Below, in pieces: positions 50,376 through 63,049 of a stretch of 64,000 bases of DNA. The position numbers were made by a program, and so were the translations under genes. Where the stretch lies: assembly GCA_038087875.1 (NCBI GenBank), contig CM075988.1, positions 12,774,001 to 12,838,000 of the forward strand. Direction: 5' to 3'. The stretch's first letter is position 1; each line of letters starts with the position of its first letter. This DNA is from Malacoraja senta (Eukaryota). The notes under the pieces are model-generated. The model was not told where the DNA came from. It searched no databases and saw only the letters and a list, made by a program, of their open reading frames with translations.

Positions 50376-51274
50376 TAGAGCAGAGAGTTGTCACACAGAG
50401 AGTTGTGAGTTGTGGAATTCTCTGCCTCAGAGGGCGATGGAGTTCTCTGGATACTTTCAAGAGAGAGCTTCATAGGGCTCTTAAAGATAGCGGAATCAAG
50501 GGATATGGGGAGAAGGCAGGAATGGGGTACTGATTGTGTATGATCAGACATGATCACATCGAATAGCGGTGCTGGCTCGAAGGGCTGAATGGCCTACTCC
50601 TACACCTATTGTCTATTGTCAAATCTATCGCTGCACCACTGAGCCACCCCAATGGCAATAAATTAGCTGTGTTCTTGTGCTGTACTTTTAGACTGCTTAA
50701 GGTATTGTCTTGCAGGTTGCTAAAATGTGGAGAAAGGAACTTTTCAGTTGCTCATGTTGAACTTGCAATCCAGATTGTAAAAGACGTTGTTGAAATCGAC
50801 TCACATCTTGCAGTAAAACTGATCATATCTTTTTGAGACTTTAATGTACAAATTGAAATGAATAGTTTATCTCCAAATGTGGCATCCAGACCAAACATTT
50901 ACACAGACCTAAAAATAGATTTGTCTCATTGGCATATTCTTCATGTTTGCTGATTTTCACTAATTTTTGCTGAGACTATAAACCAAATTGGTAATTAACA
51001 TAATGATATTAATAAGTGACACCTGGTGTGAGGCAGTTTTTGCATTTGTGTGAATTATGAATTTTAAGCTGACAGAAAGTTAGTTTTACATTGTACACAG
51101 GATTTTTTCTTATATTGCATGGTATGATTTCTAGCTATTGATCTGAATTGCTGTCATTGGCCCAAAGTTCAATAAGCAAGTCCTGAGAAGGTATTTCTAC
51201 CGTTTATATCTGATGTATAAGTTTTAATCAAAAATCTAGATTTTATGAGAAATCTTCTGAGATGTAGAGATGTA

Positions 51275-51715
51275 GCCTGAGTTGGGGAATTAAGAACCAG
51301 AAGATGTAGGTTTAAGGTGAGGGGGGAAAGATTTAATGGGAATCTGAGGGGTAACTTTTTTACACAAAGGGTGGAAAGGTATATGGAATAAGCTGCCAGA
51401 AGGTGTCGTTGGGGCAGGTACTATCATGTGTGGGAAGGAACTGCAAATGCTGGTTTGAACCGAAGATAGACACAAAAAGCTGGAGTAATTCAGCGAGATA
51501 GGCAGCATCTCTGGAGAGAAGGAATGGGTGACGTTTCAGGTCGAGACCCTTCTTCAGACTATCATAATGTTTAAGAAACATTTAGACAGGTACAGGGATA
51601 GGGTAGGTTTAGAGGGATATGGGCCAAAAGCAGGCAGGTGGGGCTAGTGTAGATGGAGCATGTTGGTCAGTGTGGGAAAGTTGGGCTGTGGAACCGTTTC
51701 CATGCTTTATGACTC
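51275..51715 (+). mobile_element. CR1 3' fragment interrupted by a Penelope-derived repeat (~51427-51561)
   Basis: CR1 3' sequence resumes after the insert; actatca is repeated on both sides of the insert (51420 and 51558). Confidence 0.75.
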
Positions 51716-53076
51716 ATTCTCAAGGTTGCATTTGAAAGAAGGTTGAAGGCCTGATTTGGCTTTATCTGACATCAGGGAAAAACACAGATGGAGTCACCTT
51801 CCTGCCAATTGCGACTAGCATCACATTGCTTAAATTTTCTGTCCTGTAGTTAGTGATTTGTGTTTGAGTACAGTGGACATCTCCTAACACTGTGGTCAAC
51901 CATCAACCTGTGGCTCTCACTAGCCAGAAGATCAACATCTCCCAGTCTATCTTCTCTGTACATGTGCATTCACTCTGGGTAGATTAAGTTATTAAGATAT
52001 TAGTCCATCTCTCTGCGGCTCCTGTGCTAATGATCAGTGATTCATTCATGATATATATGCCATAAAAAACTTCATTTTTTCACAGTATCCTTTACTTTGT
52101 ACTTTCTCAGCATTATTTCTCTTATTCGTCCAGAATAGCTAGGCATTCCTAAGATCGACTTATCACTTTGTAACTATATTAATTTCGGTGTTCAAATCTG
52201 CTGCGGCAATCAGTGTTATCTGAGAATAATCAATGGCTATTAGTAATTCTGTCAACTGAGAGGTTTATAGTCAGAGTCACAGGGTGATACAGTGTGGAAA
52301 CAGGCCCTTCGGCCCAACTCGCCCACACTGGCCAACAATCTATAGGGAGTTCCAGTGGTTGCTCCCAAGTGAGTCCATGCAAAATAGTGCTGAGACTTTT
52401 GTTAGTGGATATACTGTTTGAAAGCCATAGGGTTATCTGAGCAAAAAAGATAGGACAGATTTCTGCAATTATTCAAGTCAAGACTTCCATGTATTGCAAA
52501 ATTCATATCGTCTGGCATGCTCAGGACATGAACTGGCTTAGAATTTCCAGACTATTTGATGTTATTTTTACTTAGACCCCACCAATTTTATAACCAAATG
52601 TTTAGATATCACACAATATTGTAATCAATTTTCCAGTGAGCGAGCTACTTTGAAGGAGAGCACAGGAATTAGGAATTTAATGGAGCAATTAAATGCCACA
52701 CAAGCATCTGTGAAGAAAGCTTTTAGTGAGTGTTCTTTACACTTTCTCAAGCCAGTAGATGTGAATTATTTCCTGTGAGGTTGTTTAAAATCGTTCCCAG
52801 TGTGCAATACAACCAGAGGTACTTCCTACCAAAATGAATGAATGCTGAACACTGTACACCGAGCAGATTAATTTTGGAAACTGACCACATGGGCGGAGCA
52901 GTAGAGGCTGATGCAGGAGTCGGTGTCCACGTGGCAGGTGACATATATTCAGGTCTGATTGTACTCCCACTCAAGTCCAGCAGTCTGGACATAGGTTATG
53001 CTTGTTTATCAGATGTACACAGGACACCAGACAAAGGAATTTCTATGGTATTGTTGACAATATCTAATAACTGAAA

Positions 53077-53300
53077 AAAAAAGACACAAAGTGCTGGAGT
53101 AACACAGCAGATGAGGCAGCATCTCTGATGGGCATGAATATGCGACGCTTCGGGTCGGGACCCTTCTTCAGACTGACCGATCCAGTGACTGGATCTGACC
53201 TGAAACATTGCCTACACATATTCGCCTGATATGCTGCCTGAACCCGTTGAGTTACTCCAGCACTTTGTGTCTTTTTTGGTAAACCAGCATCTGCAGTCCT
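53077..53300. repeat. Penelope-derived fold-back repeat
   Basis: aaaaaagacacaaagtgctggagtaac...gttactccagcactttgtgtctttttt. Confidence 0.8.
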
Positions 53301-54156
53301 CTGTGTCTGGTCTACATCTTATAACTGAAGCCTCTTGACCTCTTCAGATGATTGCCTTGTTGGTATTTACACTTCCAACCTGTTCAATTCTTAACGAGCT
53401 CGAGAAAACCTGGAAGATTATCTCCACAGGCCTACTTGGAAAATTCTATTTTTTATCATAAAGCTCTGCACCAGAAATTAGGTCAACCATGCAGAATTTG
53501 CTTTTTTCATTCAATTTGGTCTAACAATGCCAGAAGTAATTGTCATCGTGTACATGCAGATGATGGACCAATTTGTTCATGGGACGTGCTGGTCAGTAAT
53601 GTATCCTGATACAACACAATAAATGTTCATGTTAATCTGAGTTTGGATGTGCACGTAAGGTTACTATTACCAAATTCAATCAAGTTGCCCTTTAAAGAAA
53701 CTGAACATAGACGCATCTTGTCAGATTTACTTTAAAGCATGAAAAGCACTGATTTTGCTGAATATGAATTTAAAAATGTAAAAATCAGCACAAAACTGAA
53801 CCCAAAATACCTGAAAATTCAAGTAATAACATTTCATGTCGTGATCGGAATACCAAAATAGCAATTATTTTCACTGTTTTGTTTTGCCTAATTTATCAAC
53901 AAGGCATTACTTCGTCATTTTATTTGATTGCATTGATCAGAGTTCTAGGAGCTGCATTTTGGAAAATATTGTAGACAGATTCTCACTGATATTTTGTAAG
54001 GTTTCTTTCCACTTCACAGCAATATAATGAAGAGGCTGACACCATCGATATTGAAATTATTTGAATTAAGATTTCCTCACAAAAAAGCCCACCATAATAT
54101 TTTAGTGACATAACTGATGCTAACTATAAGCCGGATAATTATTTCTTCACCGTGTC

Positions 54157-54449
54157 GGGCCGTCATGGTGGCGCAGCGGTAGAGTTGCTGCCTGACAGTG
54201 CTTACAGCGCTATGGGTGCTTGTCTGTACGGAGTTTATTCGTTTTCCCCGTAACCTGCGTGGTTTTCTCTGTGTCCCGACTTCCTCCCACACTCCAAAGA
54301 CGTACAGGTTTGTTGGTTAATTGGCTTGGTATAAATGTATAAATTGTCCCTAGCGTAGGACAGTCTTAATGTGTGGGGATCGCTGGTCGGTGCGGACTTG
54401 GTGGGCTGAAGGGTCTGTTTCTGCACTGTATCTCTAAACTAAACTAAAT
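54157..54449 (+). mobile_element. HE1-type V-SINE
   Basis: ggtggcgcagcggtagagttgctgcc...gggctgaagggtctgtttc...tctctaaactaaactaaa. Confidence 0.82.
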
Positions 54450-55854
54450 AGCACTCACCCGATCGATTGCTTAAACAAATTAATCCTTAAAATGGGTATC
54501 TCAGCACCTTTGCACATCTCGTACTGTTTCATTCCATTGGTTAAACATCTACCTGGCACTGAATGACCGAACTAATAAGTTTCCATCCTGCATTCAGATC
54601 TAATATTGTTCTTTCCCCCTCCCTGTGTTCTATTGTGGAATACTTCACAGTTGCATTTACTGTAATTATTTTGCCATTTGACTTCTTTTGAAGTGTTCAA
54701 TCCACCCACAAAGCTCAGAATTACTAATCAAGCTTTTTAAAGAACACAAAAGCCATTATTTACTGCAAAATAATCGGCAGCAGGTCCAATTGAACTATCC
54801 AATGAAATGTTCAGCTTTGATCTTGACCATTCATCCATTGTATGTTTATTCTTAATATGGATCTACGAGGTTATTACCTTCCTGCTGTCTTTCTCAATTG
54901 TATCCTGCCTTGGGTCACAATTTTACTGGGGACATTATTTTCATTATTTAATATTCTTGCTGGTTGCAATGGATTAATAATTATTAAGGGAATCAATGAA
55001 TATATTGTCAGTGCTGCTGTGGTTTAAAAAAAACCAGTAATGACCTTATTGACTGGCAGAGGAGGCATGAGGTCCACAGTAGCCTGCTCCCGCTTTATTT
55101 CTTTTGTTGTTCTTGTAATTGAAGATAGCTGCAGTCGCGACTGTTGTGCAAAATGGGATCATAAGAGTCGATTTACCAGATAAATATCCTGGAGTTCTGG
55201 ACCTCTGATCAAGAGAATTCCATCTTCAGCTGGGGGGGGGGGGGTTTAAACTCACTTAAAATACACAATATCATCCACAATTGTGACTGCTGAAGAGCAG
55301 GTTTGTTGTAAAAAAAAATACCCGGTTCACTCACATCTTCAGGAAATAAAATCTGTTTTCTTATCTGATCTGTGTCTGAAACCTTTCAGCCCTCTGTAAT
55401 GGCTTCACAGTCTCACCGTCACATCAATCAACTCCTTTAAATTGCAATAAGAATAAAGCCGGTCAGACCACCCAGACTTGGCCTGAGATTCAGATGAAAC
55501 AAATTACTCCCTGCCTGCCAAACGTAAGAGTTCTTTGTAAGGATACTGGGGACTGAGGCTCACACTGGGAGATATGCTGCATATTTCAGCCATGCCGCAG
55601 CCTGATGTATCTGTCTTGCAGAATCATATCTTAATGACATTTTGAAGACTTCATCAAGATCTCCACATTTATCCTGTCCTTTCATGAGCGCACATCCACC
55701 AGAGGCAGTGATATGGTACCATACACTTGGAAAGGTGCAGCCCTGGCAGTCAGCAATATTGACCTATGACCTCATGAAGACTCATGGCTTCAGGTCAAAC
55801 ATGAACAAGGGACACCTCCTTCAGGTTACTATCCACACTCCATCCTCAGCATCA

Positions 55855-56485
55855 GTAAAACCAAGGAACTGATTGTTGACTTTACAAACGGAAGGCCAAG
55901 GATCCACAAACTTGGCTTCATCGATGGTGGAGAGAATGAACAACTTCAAGTTCATGGGCATGTATATCCCTGAAGATCTGTCCTGGACCTTGCACATTGA
56001 CGCACCCATAACGAAAGCTCATCAACAACCGACTTCCTTAGATGACTGAGGATATTCGGTATGTCGACAAACACTCTTTTGAATTGCTGCAGATGTTGGT
56101 TGGTTGCATCATGGCCTTGTTTGGTAACTCAAATGCCTGGGAATAAAGGAGATAATAAAAAGTGGTGAACACTGCCTGGTCCATCACGAGTACTAATCTC
56201 CCCACCATCATCGTCATTAAGGACCCACACCACCCTGGCCACATGCAGATTTCACTCCTACATCGGGAAGAAGGTATAGTGATCTAAAAACAGTAATGTC
56301 CAGGTTCAGGAGCAGCCTCTTCCCACACCCATCAGGCTAATTAACACTTCAAACTCCAATACCAACTAAACTCTGATCTAAAAACTACTTTGGTTGCACT
56401 GGGGACTTTGGGCTTTGTTTTGTTTTATACTATATTATTTATTTATTTATTTAACTTTTGTTTATTATATTATCTATTGTGTACT
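55855..56485 (+). mobile_element. Rex1/Babar-like (L2-group) LINE 3' fragment
   Basis: Degraded TKELIVDF...VERMNNFKFMGMYIPEDLSWT, typical of the post-RT region. Confidence 0.7.
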
Positions 56486-56649
56486 GAAGGTAGTGAAGAA
56501 GGGTCTCGACCCTAAACATCGCCTATTCATTCTCTGCAGAGATGCTGCCTGACCCGCTGAGTTAATGCAGCTTTTTGTGTCTATCTTGGCTTTCTTGAGA
56601 ATGGCCTTTAGTTTGGATGTTATTTGAAAACAAGCCAATAAGAGATCAT

Positions 56650-56930
56650 CACAGTGGTGCAGCGGTGGAGTTGCTGCCTCACAGCACCAGATACCCAGGT
56701 TCGATCCTGACTACGAGTGCTCTCTGTGTGGTGTTTGTACGTTCTCCCTGTGACCGCGTGGGTTTTCATCGGATGATTCAGTTTCCTCCCATACGTACAG
56801 GTTTGTAGGTTAATTGACTTCTGTAAATTCTCCCTAGTATGCAGGATAGAACTAGTGTATGAGTGATCACTGGTTGGCGTGGACTCAGTGGGCTGAAGGG
56901 TCTGTTTCCACGCTGTATCAATAAAACTGA
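56650..56930 (+). mobile_element. HE1-type V-SINE
   Basis: cagtggtgcagcggtggagttgctgcctcacagc...ggttcgatcctgactacg. Confidence 0.82.
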
Positions 56931-57067
56931 AAACAAAAAGAAAGAGGTGTAAGGAGAGGCATGAAAACACTTGAACTGCTTATATTCCCCCTTTCATGGC
57001 AAGGTGCAAAGTTATCCAGGAGTGGAATAAACCAATGGAGGTGGACGCAGGTGGTACAATGAACATC

Positions 57068-57900
57068 CAGTGGCGCTGTTGCTAGCTGCCTCCGCCTTCA
57101 GTCCGGTATCTTTTGTTTTTTTTGTTATGTTTTTGTTATGTTTGAAGAACGTTTTTTGTGGGTTTTTTGTCTTTATGTGGGGGGGAAGAGGGTACGGTAA
57201 GGGGGATACCGTCCTTCAGTCGCTTCCTGGAGAGGACGCGACTATTTTTCGAGTCGCGTCCTCGCCCCCCCCCCCCCCCCGTGGCCTACCTACCGGATTG
57301 GCGCGGCCTTTCCTGCCGGGACCGACCAGAGCTCCAGCAGCAGCGGCGCAGCGTTGGAAACATCGCGGAGCGGGCGATGCCTTACCGGGGATCGCCGTTT
57401 GGAGCTCCGGAGTGCTGGGCCTGCTGCACTGACAGCGCGGAGCTGTGGTTCGCGGAGCTCCCAACGCGGGCGGCGCTGACCAACATCGCGAAGTCCTGCG
57501 ACTTCGCCCGGCTCGGCCTGTGGACTTCGGGAGCCGTGGACTCCGGTGGGAGGTGGCTGATTTGGAGGTCCGGGCCGCTGAGGATGTTCTCCGTCGGGGT
57601 TCCACCGTTCCCGGCGAGAGGGCCTGAGCATCGGGCCGCCCGTGGTGGCGACTGCAGGTGCTCGGGAGGCCCCGACTACGGGTGAACATCTGGGAAGATC
57701 GGCGGGGAGGCTGGCTGGACTATGGTACCTTCCTTAACTTTGGTGCCGCTGTGGGGTTATGTTCTGTCGTGGACTTCTGTGTTTGTGCTTTTTTATTGAT
57801 TTATTATTTATTTTTATGATACATGACTGTAAGGAAAATCCATTTCGTTGTCTCTTAATGAGATAATGACAATAAATTGAATACAACAACAATACAATAC
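57068..57900 (+). mobile_element. GC-rich non-autonomous retroposon with aatgacaataaa + (caata)n tail
   Basis: Same layout as 1335-2128: 5' ggcgctg..gctgcct, T-rich tract, G-run, CpG-rich body, LINE-like 3' end. Confidence 0.55.
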
Positions 57901-59764
57901 AGGCACGTCACAAAAAATAATACAGCCGTTCCTCAAAAATTGGCATATCCATTTAAGACGAGGTAAGTTTGGAAGTGTAGAGTGGGGATTGATGCTGATC
58001 AATGCTAGTGCATAACGTGAATGCTGCTGAACAGCATCAATGGGGCCGAGGTCTGGGTTTGACTCAAGGATGATGGATACTCAAGCTCAGGATTGTTCTG
58101 CCGTAGCTGCCACTTCCTCTTATGTTACAAACCAAGATGCCAAGATTATTTCTGCACTTGCAACTTATTTCTAGCCTCTACGAGTCAGTAGCTGTCATAT
58201 CTCAGTTATGCAGCAACGAAGATAAAACCCAGCATAAGCACCGCCGTGAAATAGATTTAAGCATAATGCCCCCAGGGCCCTGAAAAACCATACTTAGATT
58301 TCCAATAATAATGTTTTTTCCCTTTATGCTGTCAGTACATTTTCACAGCTCTGCAAAGTAGATTAATTGAAATACGCTGTTCAAAATAGAACACTTTTAA
58401 AGAGAGAGCTTCTGACAGGGACTAAATAACACAGTAGGTTAAAATATTTTTTCCTACCTCCTAGGAGTTTGTTTGAATTCACTTCACACTGATAACATGA
58501 AAGCTTCCTTTGGGCTGATACTTATTTGAATCCTAATTTTCAGAGCATTGTTACAACATGAAAGAAGGCCATACCGTCCATTGAGTGTTTGTTGGTACAG
58601 CCATTCCTATCAAAGCACAAAATGCTGGAGGAACCCAGCAGGTCAGGCAGTTGTTGAGGGAATGGACAGGCGACATTTTGAGTCAGGATTGTTCAGAGTC
58701 TGAAGAAACATCATCTGTCCATTCCTTCCACACACACTGCCTGGCCTGTTCAGCACCTCCACCGCTTTGTGGTTTGGTCAAGATTCCAGCATCTGCAATT
58801 CCTTGTGTCACCATTCCAATAAATCCAATTCCCTCACTCTTTTTCAATACTGTTGCAAAGCATCCTTCCTAATGTATTTCACACATTAATCTGTGAAATA
58901 GATAAAATGTATTTGAGGGATGAGGGAATTTAGCTACAGTGTTCGAATGAAGAAGCTGGTGTTTTGTTTCCTCTTAGGAGCAAATAAGTATGAAAGGAAA
59001 CTTGGTAGGGGTGCCTAAGAACATGAGTGTTTTTTGACTGAGTTGATTTCAGTCATCTGTCACTTCCATTTAAAGATGTGGACAGATGTCACAGTCAAAT
59101 GGGCTGTGAAAAAAATCTTTCCTTCTCGAAGATTGCTACGATGTTGATTCCAGTGGGTGCAGAGAAGCAGAATCAACCATTACCATTCAATTGATTTTGA
59201 TGGTCACTAGAGAAAGAATCACTTGCAGGGCTATGAGGCAAGTGCAAGGGAATGGGGACAATGGGGTTGTCACAAAGATCACAAAGAAAATATGTATCAA
59301 TGATATCAGAGTAGAGATTCATTCAGGAGCACTGGGGTGCCAACTTCTGAGAGTGCAGTGAAGGTGGAGTTTCTCTCCACAGTTAATCTTATCTGAATGC
59401 TAAAATCTTCATTAAGCATATTAAAAATGTTGGATTTCCAGTCACTGGGATTCGGACTTGGAATTGTTGAAAATAAGATTCCATTTGAAATATAGCTTCT
59501 ACTAGACTAGACCATGTTCACATGGGAGGGCTGGTCCCCCGACGCAATATTCCTCTCCACCAATTCCAATAATGGTGGCCAGTGGGGGGTGGGAGCTTTC
59601 TGGAGAGCTGGTATGGGTGTTGTTGGCTGCAGGGACTACTGGTCTCCAGAGGGCTAGTATGGACATTGTGGGTCAAATGGATTCTTGGGGTGGCAGATCA
59701 GTCCCTCAAGCCTGATGTGCTGGCAGCTCACTCACGGCTGGAGGGCTGGTAGTTGACTCATGGC

Positions 59765-60270
59765 TATTCCTTGAAATTCCATTTCAAGCAGAGTGCAAGG
59801 CCACGAAATTCAAATCCATTTTCCTACCATTTCAAGCAGGGTGCAAGGCCATCAAATTCAAGTGCAGTTTCTTACCTCTTCGAGCAGGGTGCAAGGCCAC
59901 AAAATTCAAGTGCAGTTTCATACCACTTCAAGCAGGGTGCAAGGTCACCAAATTCAGGTTCAGTTTCCTACCACTTCAAGCAGGGTGCAAGGCCACCGAA
60001 TTCAAGTGCAGTTTCCAACCACTTCAAGCAGGGTGCAACACCACCAAATTCAAGTGCAGTTTCATACCACTTCAAGCAGGGTGCAAGGCCACCAAATGCA
60101 AGTGCAGTTTTATACCATTCAAGGAGGGTGCAAGGCCACCAAATTCAAATGCAGTTTCATACCATTTCATGCAGGGTGCAGCGACACCACATTCAAATGC
60201 AGTTTCATACCATTTCATGCAGGGTGCAAGGCCACCACATTCAAATGCAGTTTCATACCACTTCAAGCAA
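59765..60270. repeat. ~42-bp tandem minisatellite (ccacttcaagcagggtgcaaggccaccaaattcaagtgcagtttcata-like), about 12 units
   Basis: Visible tandem units; explains the repetitive ORFs 59753-60286 and 59793-60275. About 3 units at 3122-3250. Confidence 0.9.
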
Positions 60271-60654
60271 GGTGAAACCACCATAAAACCACACAAAACA
60301 CCACACTCACAGTTCAGTGGACATTCAGTGTGTTCAGTTGATTCACAGCTCAGACAGAGTTGTGACCTCTCCCTCCCCATCATACAGAGACTGAGCCACA
60401 CCCACACTTCCTGGTTTTATAATCCCTCCCCCTTCCACCGGAAAAGGTGTGGCCTTCATGGCGTGATTGACAGGAGAGAGATTCTCAACATTTTTTAAAC
60501 ACTAATAACACTTTTATTTTTCATTGATGGGAAGAATCCGCTGCACCTGATCAGCGGAGGGGGACTGAGTAAGATGGGCAAAAATCACAGCCGTAAGTGG
60601 TAGCGTTTTACCTAAAATCAATATAGTGCAAACAGGAAGTTGTCAAGTTTAGAC

Positions 60655-60875
60655 AAACAACCCTTTGCAGTGCCTTTTCACTTCAACCCAAAATCTGCCC
60701 AAATAACCATTTGCATTGCATTTTCACTTCAACCCAAACTACCATTTGCAGTGCATTTTTACTTCAACCCAAACAACCATTAGCAGTGCATTTTTACTTC
60801 AACCCAAACAACCATTAGCAGTGCATTTTTACTTAAACCCAAACAACCATTTGCAGTGCATTTTTACTTCAAACC
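60655..60875. repeat. ~32-bp tandem repeat (aaacaaccatttgcagtgcatttttacttcaaccc) inside the Helitron
   Basis: About 6 visible units. Confidence 0.85.
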
Positions 60876-62003
60876 AACCATATTTTCATTTTCAAACCAC
60901 ATTAAGGGCACTCACAGTTGAGTAGACATGTGTTCAGTGTTATTCAGAGCTCAGAGAGACGTGAACCTCTCGCTTCCTCCATCTTGCAGACACTGAGTGA
61001 GGCACACCACTTCCTGGTTTTATAGTCCCTCCCCCTCCCTCCAGCAGGGGCAGCAGAGAGAATGGCAAATTTTTAAAAAACATTAATATCTCTCTGATCT
61101 TTCATCGATGGGAAAAATCCTCTGGTCCGGGAAGGCGGAGGGGGGCTCTGAGCGAGGTGGCCAAAAATGGAGGCCGTAGGTGGCGGCGTTCTCTAGGAAA
61201 TCGCAGCACAGCGAGCCAAAAGCGGTAAAGATCAGACTTTTAGTAATATACATTGTCAGAATTATGAGTACCATCATTTGGTCCTGAGAAGTAACTTCCT
61301 AAAACTGGGTCTCTCGAACTTCCCCAACTTCCTTTATGTTTTCCCATCTATTTAAATCATTCTCTCCACTTTATTCCTCGCATACTAGTGGCCACTTGTT
61401 TGTATAGAGCCCCCGCAAACATACACCCAATTTATTTTCCCAGCTGTTCAAATCCTTTACTCTTCCTTGCATGTACTCTTTCTCAACTGTAAAGTTTCCC
61501 ATTTATGTATGTGCTCTCAATGGCATCACTCTCAATTGCATGTATTCCTGCTTGTTGAAAACTCTCAATTGCATCCCTTCTTGCTTGTGCAAAGTCTTGG
61601 TCGCATGGTCTCTTGCTTATGAAGACTTGTTTTTGCAGACAGGTTTTTGTCCAGTCCCTCACTTGCACAGCGTCGCATACTGTAGATCTGCATACACATG
61701 CTAATGCCACTCTCTTGCTTGTCTGCACTGTTGCATGCTTGTATGCACTCTCATTTGGGGAAGAATTAGGCCATTCGGCCGATCAAATCTGCTGAGCCAT
61801 TCAATCTTGGGTGATCTATTTCCCTCTCAACCCCATTCTCCTGCCTTCTCCCTGCAACCTTTAACACCCTTTCTCATCGAACCTATCGATCTCCGCTTTA
61901 AAAATATCCAATGACGGCCTCCACAGTTGCATTGAAGTGGACGTGCTCCCAGTTGCATTGACTCCCAATCATGAGTGCTCTCTTTTTTCATGTACTTATG
62001 CTT

Positions 62004-62169
62004 CTTCTTCTTATCGAGTCCACACACAAGATTAGAAGTTGTTCAGCCAGAGCAGAACACACTTCTCGGCATCTGCATATAATGGTGTATATCTTGTTGC
62101 TTCTTGTGCGCGGTGGTGGAAAGATTGGTGGAAACAGGGCTGCGACGTGAACGCTCTTTCCTTGATCCT
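62004..62169 (-). mobile_element. Short 5'-truncated LINE end (Vingi/Ingi- or RTE-like) with 14-bp TSD
   Basis: ATGTACTTATGCTT at 61990-62003 and 62170-62183; the minus strand ends actcgataagaagaag. Confidence 0.65.
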
Positions 62170-62845
62170 ATGTACTTATGCTTACAAACATTTATAATTG
62201 CACTCAGCTTGCTGGCACACACTTCCACTTGCACATTGTCATGCTGCGTCCTTCTGCTTGTATACACCGTTGCGTGCATGCACTCTTGTTTGTTTGCATT
62301 TGCTTGCACTCTCACTTGGAGGTGCTCTCACTTTCACAGATTCCTACTTGAAGAAATTCTCATTTTCACAAACTGTCGCCTGCATATATTTTTGCTAGCG
62401 TGCAATTTCTTACCATCTGTCTGACTTCCTGTCTCTATCTATCTGATTTTTACTATTATTAATGTTGGAAAGGCTTGGAATTTACCGTGACCAATTCACT
62501 AGCACTCTTATTTGAATGCATTTATTAAACTTCTGCCAGCTGTTTATAAAGAGATAGTTGAGCCTAAATCATAATAAGTGCATTCAGCCTTGATGTAACA
62601 TGCCTTGCGGTTTCTGGGTGCTAATCTCATTCGCTCATTTCCAAAACCGTGACCTCTACATCAAGGACACATAGAGGTGGGTAATAATTAGATCGGAACC
62701 TTGCTTTAGATTCTCCAATAAAGTATTTCATGTTTTATAAAATGGATAAATCACCCTGGCATTCTGGGTTCAAGAAGGAAACAGTAAACAAGCTTATTTT
62801 ATAAATTAAACCATCAGGCACATGAGAAAGGAACACAACTATTAA

Positions 62846-63049
62846 AGTGCCTGTCCCACTTTCACGACCTCTGCCGAGTTTGCCCTTGACTCATACTCGC
62901 AGCATGGTCGTAGGAGGTCGTAGGTAGGTTGTGATGCTAGTCGTAGGTATTCGTGGCATCAAGTAGGTCGGGGCGTTTTTCTAGCGTGATGAAAAATGTC
63001 CACGAGTAAAAAAGGTTGTGAATTAGGTTGTGAAAGTGGGACAGGCCCT
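62846..63049. mobile_element. PIF/Harbinger-type MITE, TAA TSD
   Basis: taa|AGTGCCTGTCCCACTTTCAC...GTGAAAGTGGGACAGGCCCT|taa. Confidence 0.8.

Larger units (their letters stand above)
59502..61252 (-). mobile_element. Second non-autonomous Helitron of the same family, with expanded minisatellites
   Basis: Homologous to 2830-4078 along its length (ctggtcccc, ctcactcacggctgg, aaacactaataac, gacttttagtaatata terminus); CTAG at 59502, hairpin degraded. Confidence 0.8.

Noticed and set aside
52570..52730. Possible next IgLON exon after cttag at ~52575
   Set aside because: Translation lacks the expected Ig3 pattern (YPP.I...G....L.C.A...P...F.W).
54157..54230. tRNA-like sequences at SINE heads
   Set aside because: They are SINE A/B-box heads continuing into the V-domain and CR1 tail, not tRNA genes.
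59753..60498. Repetitive ORFs of 109-177 aa
   Set aside because: Translations of the 42-bp Helitron minisatellite; no splice or gene context.
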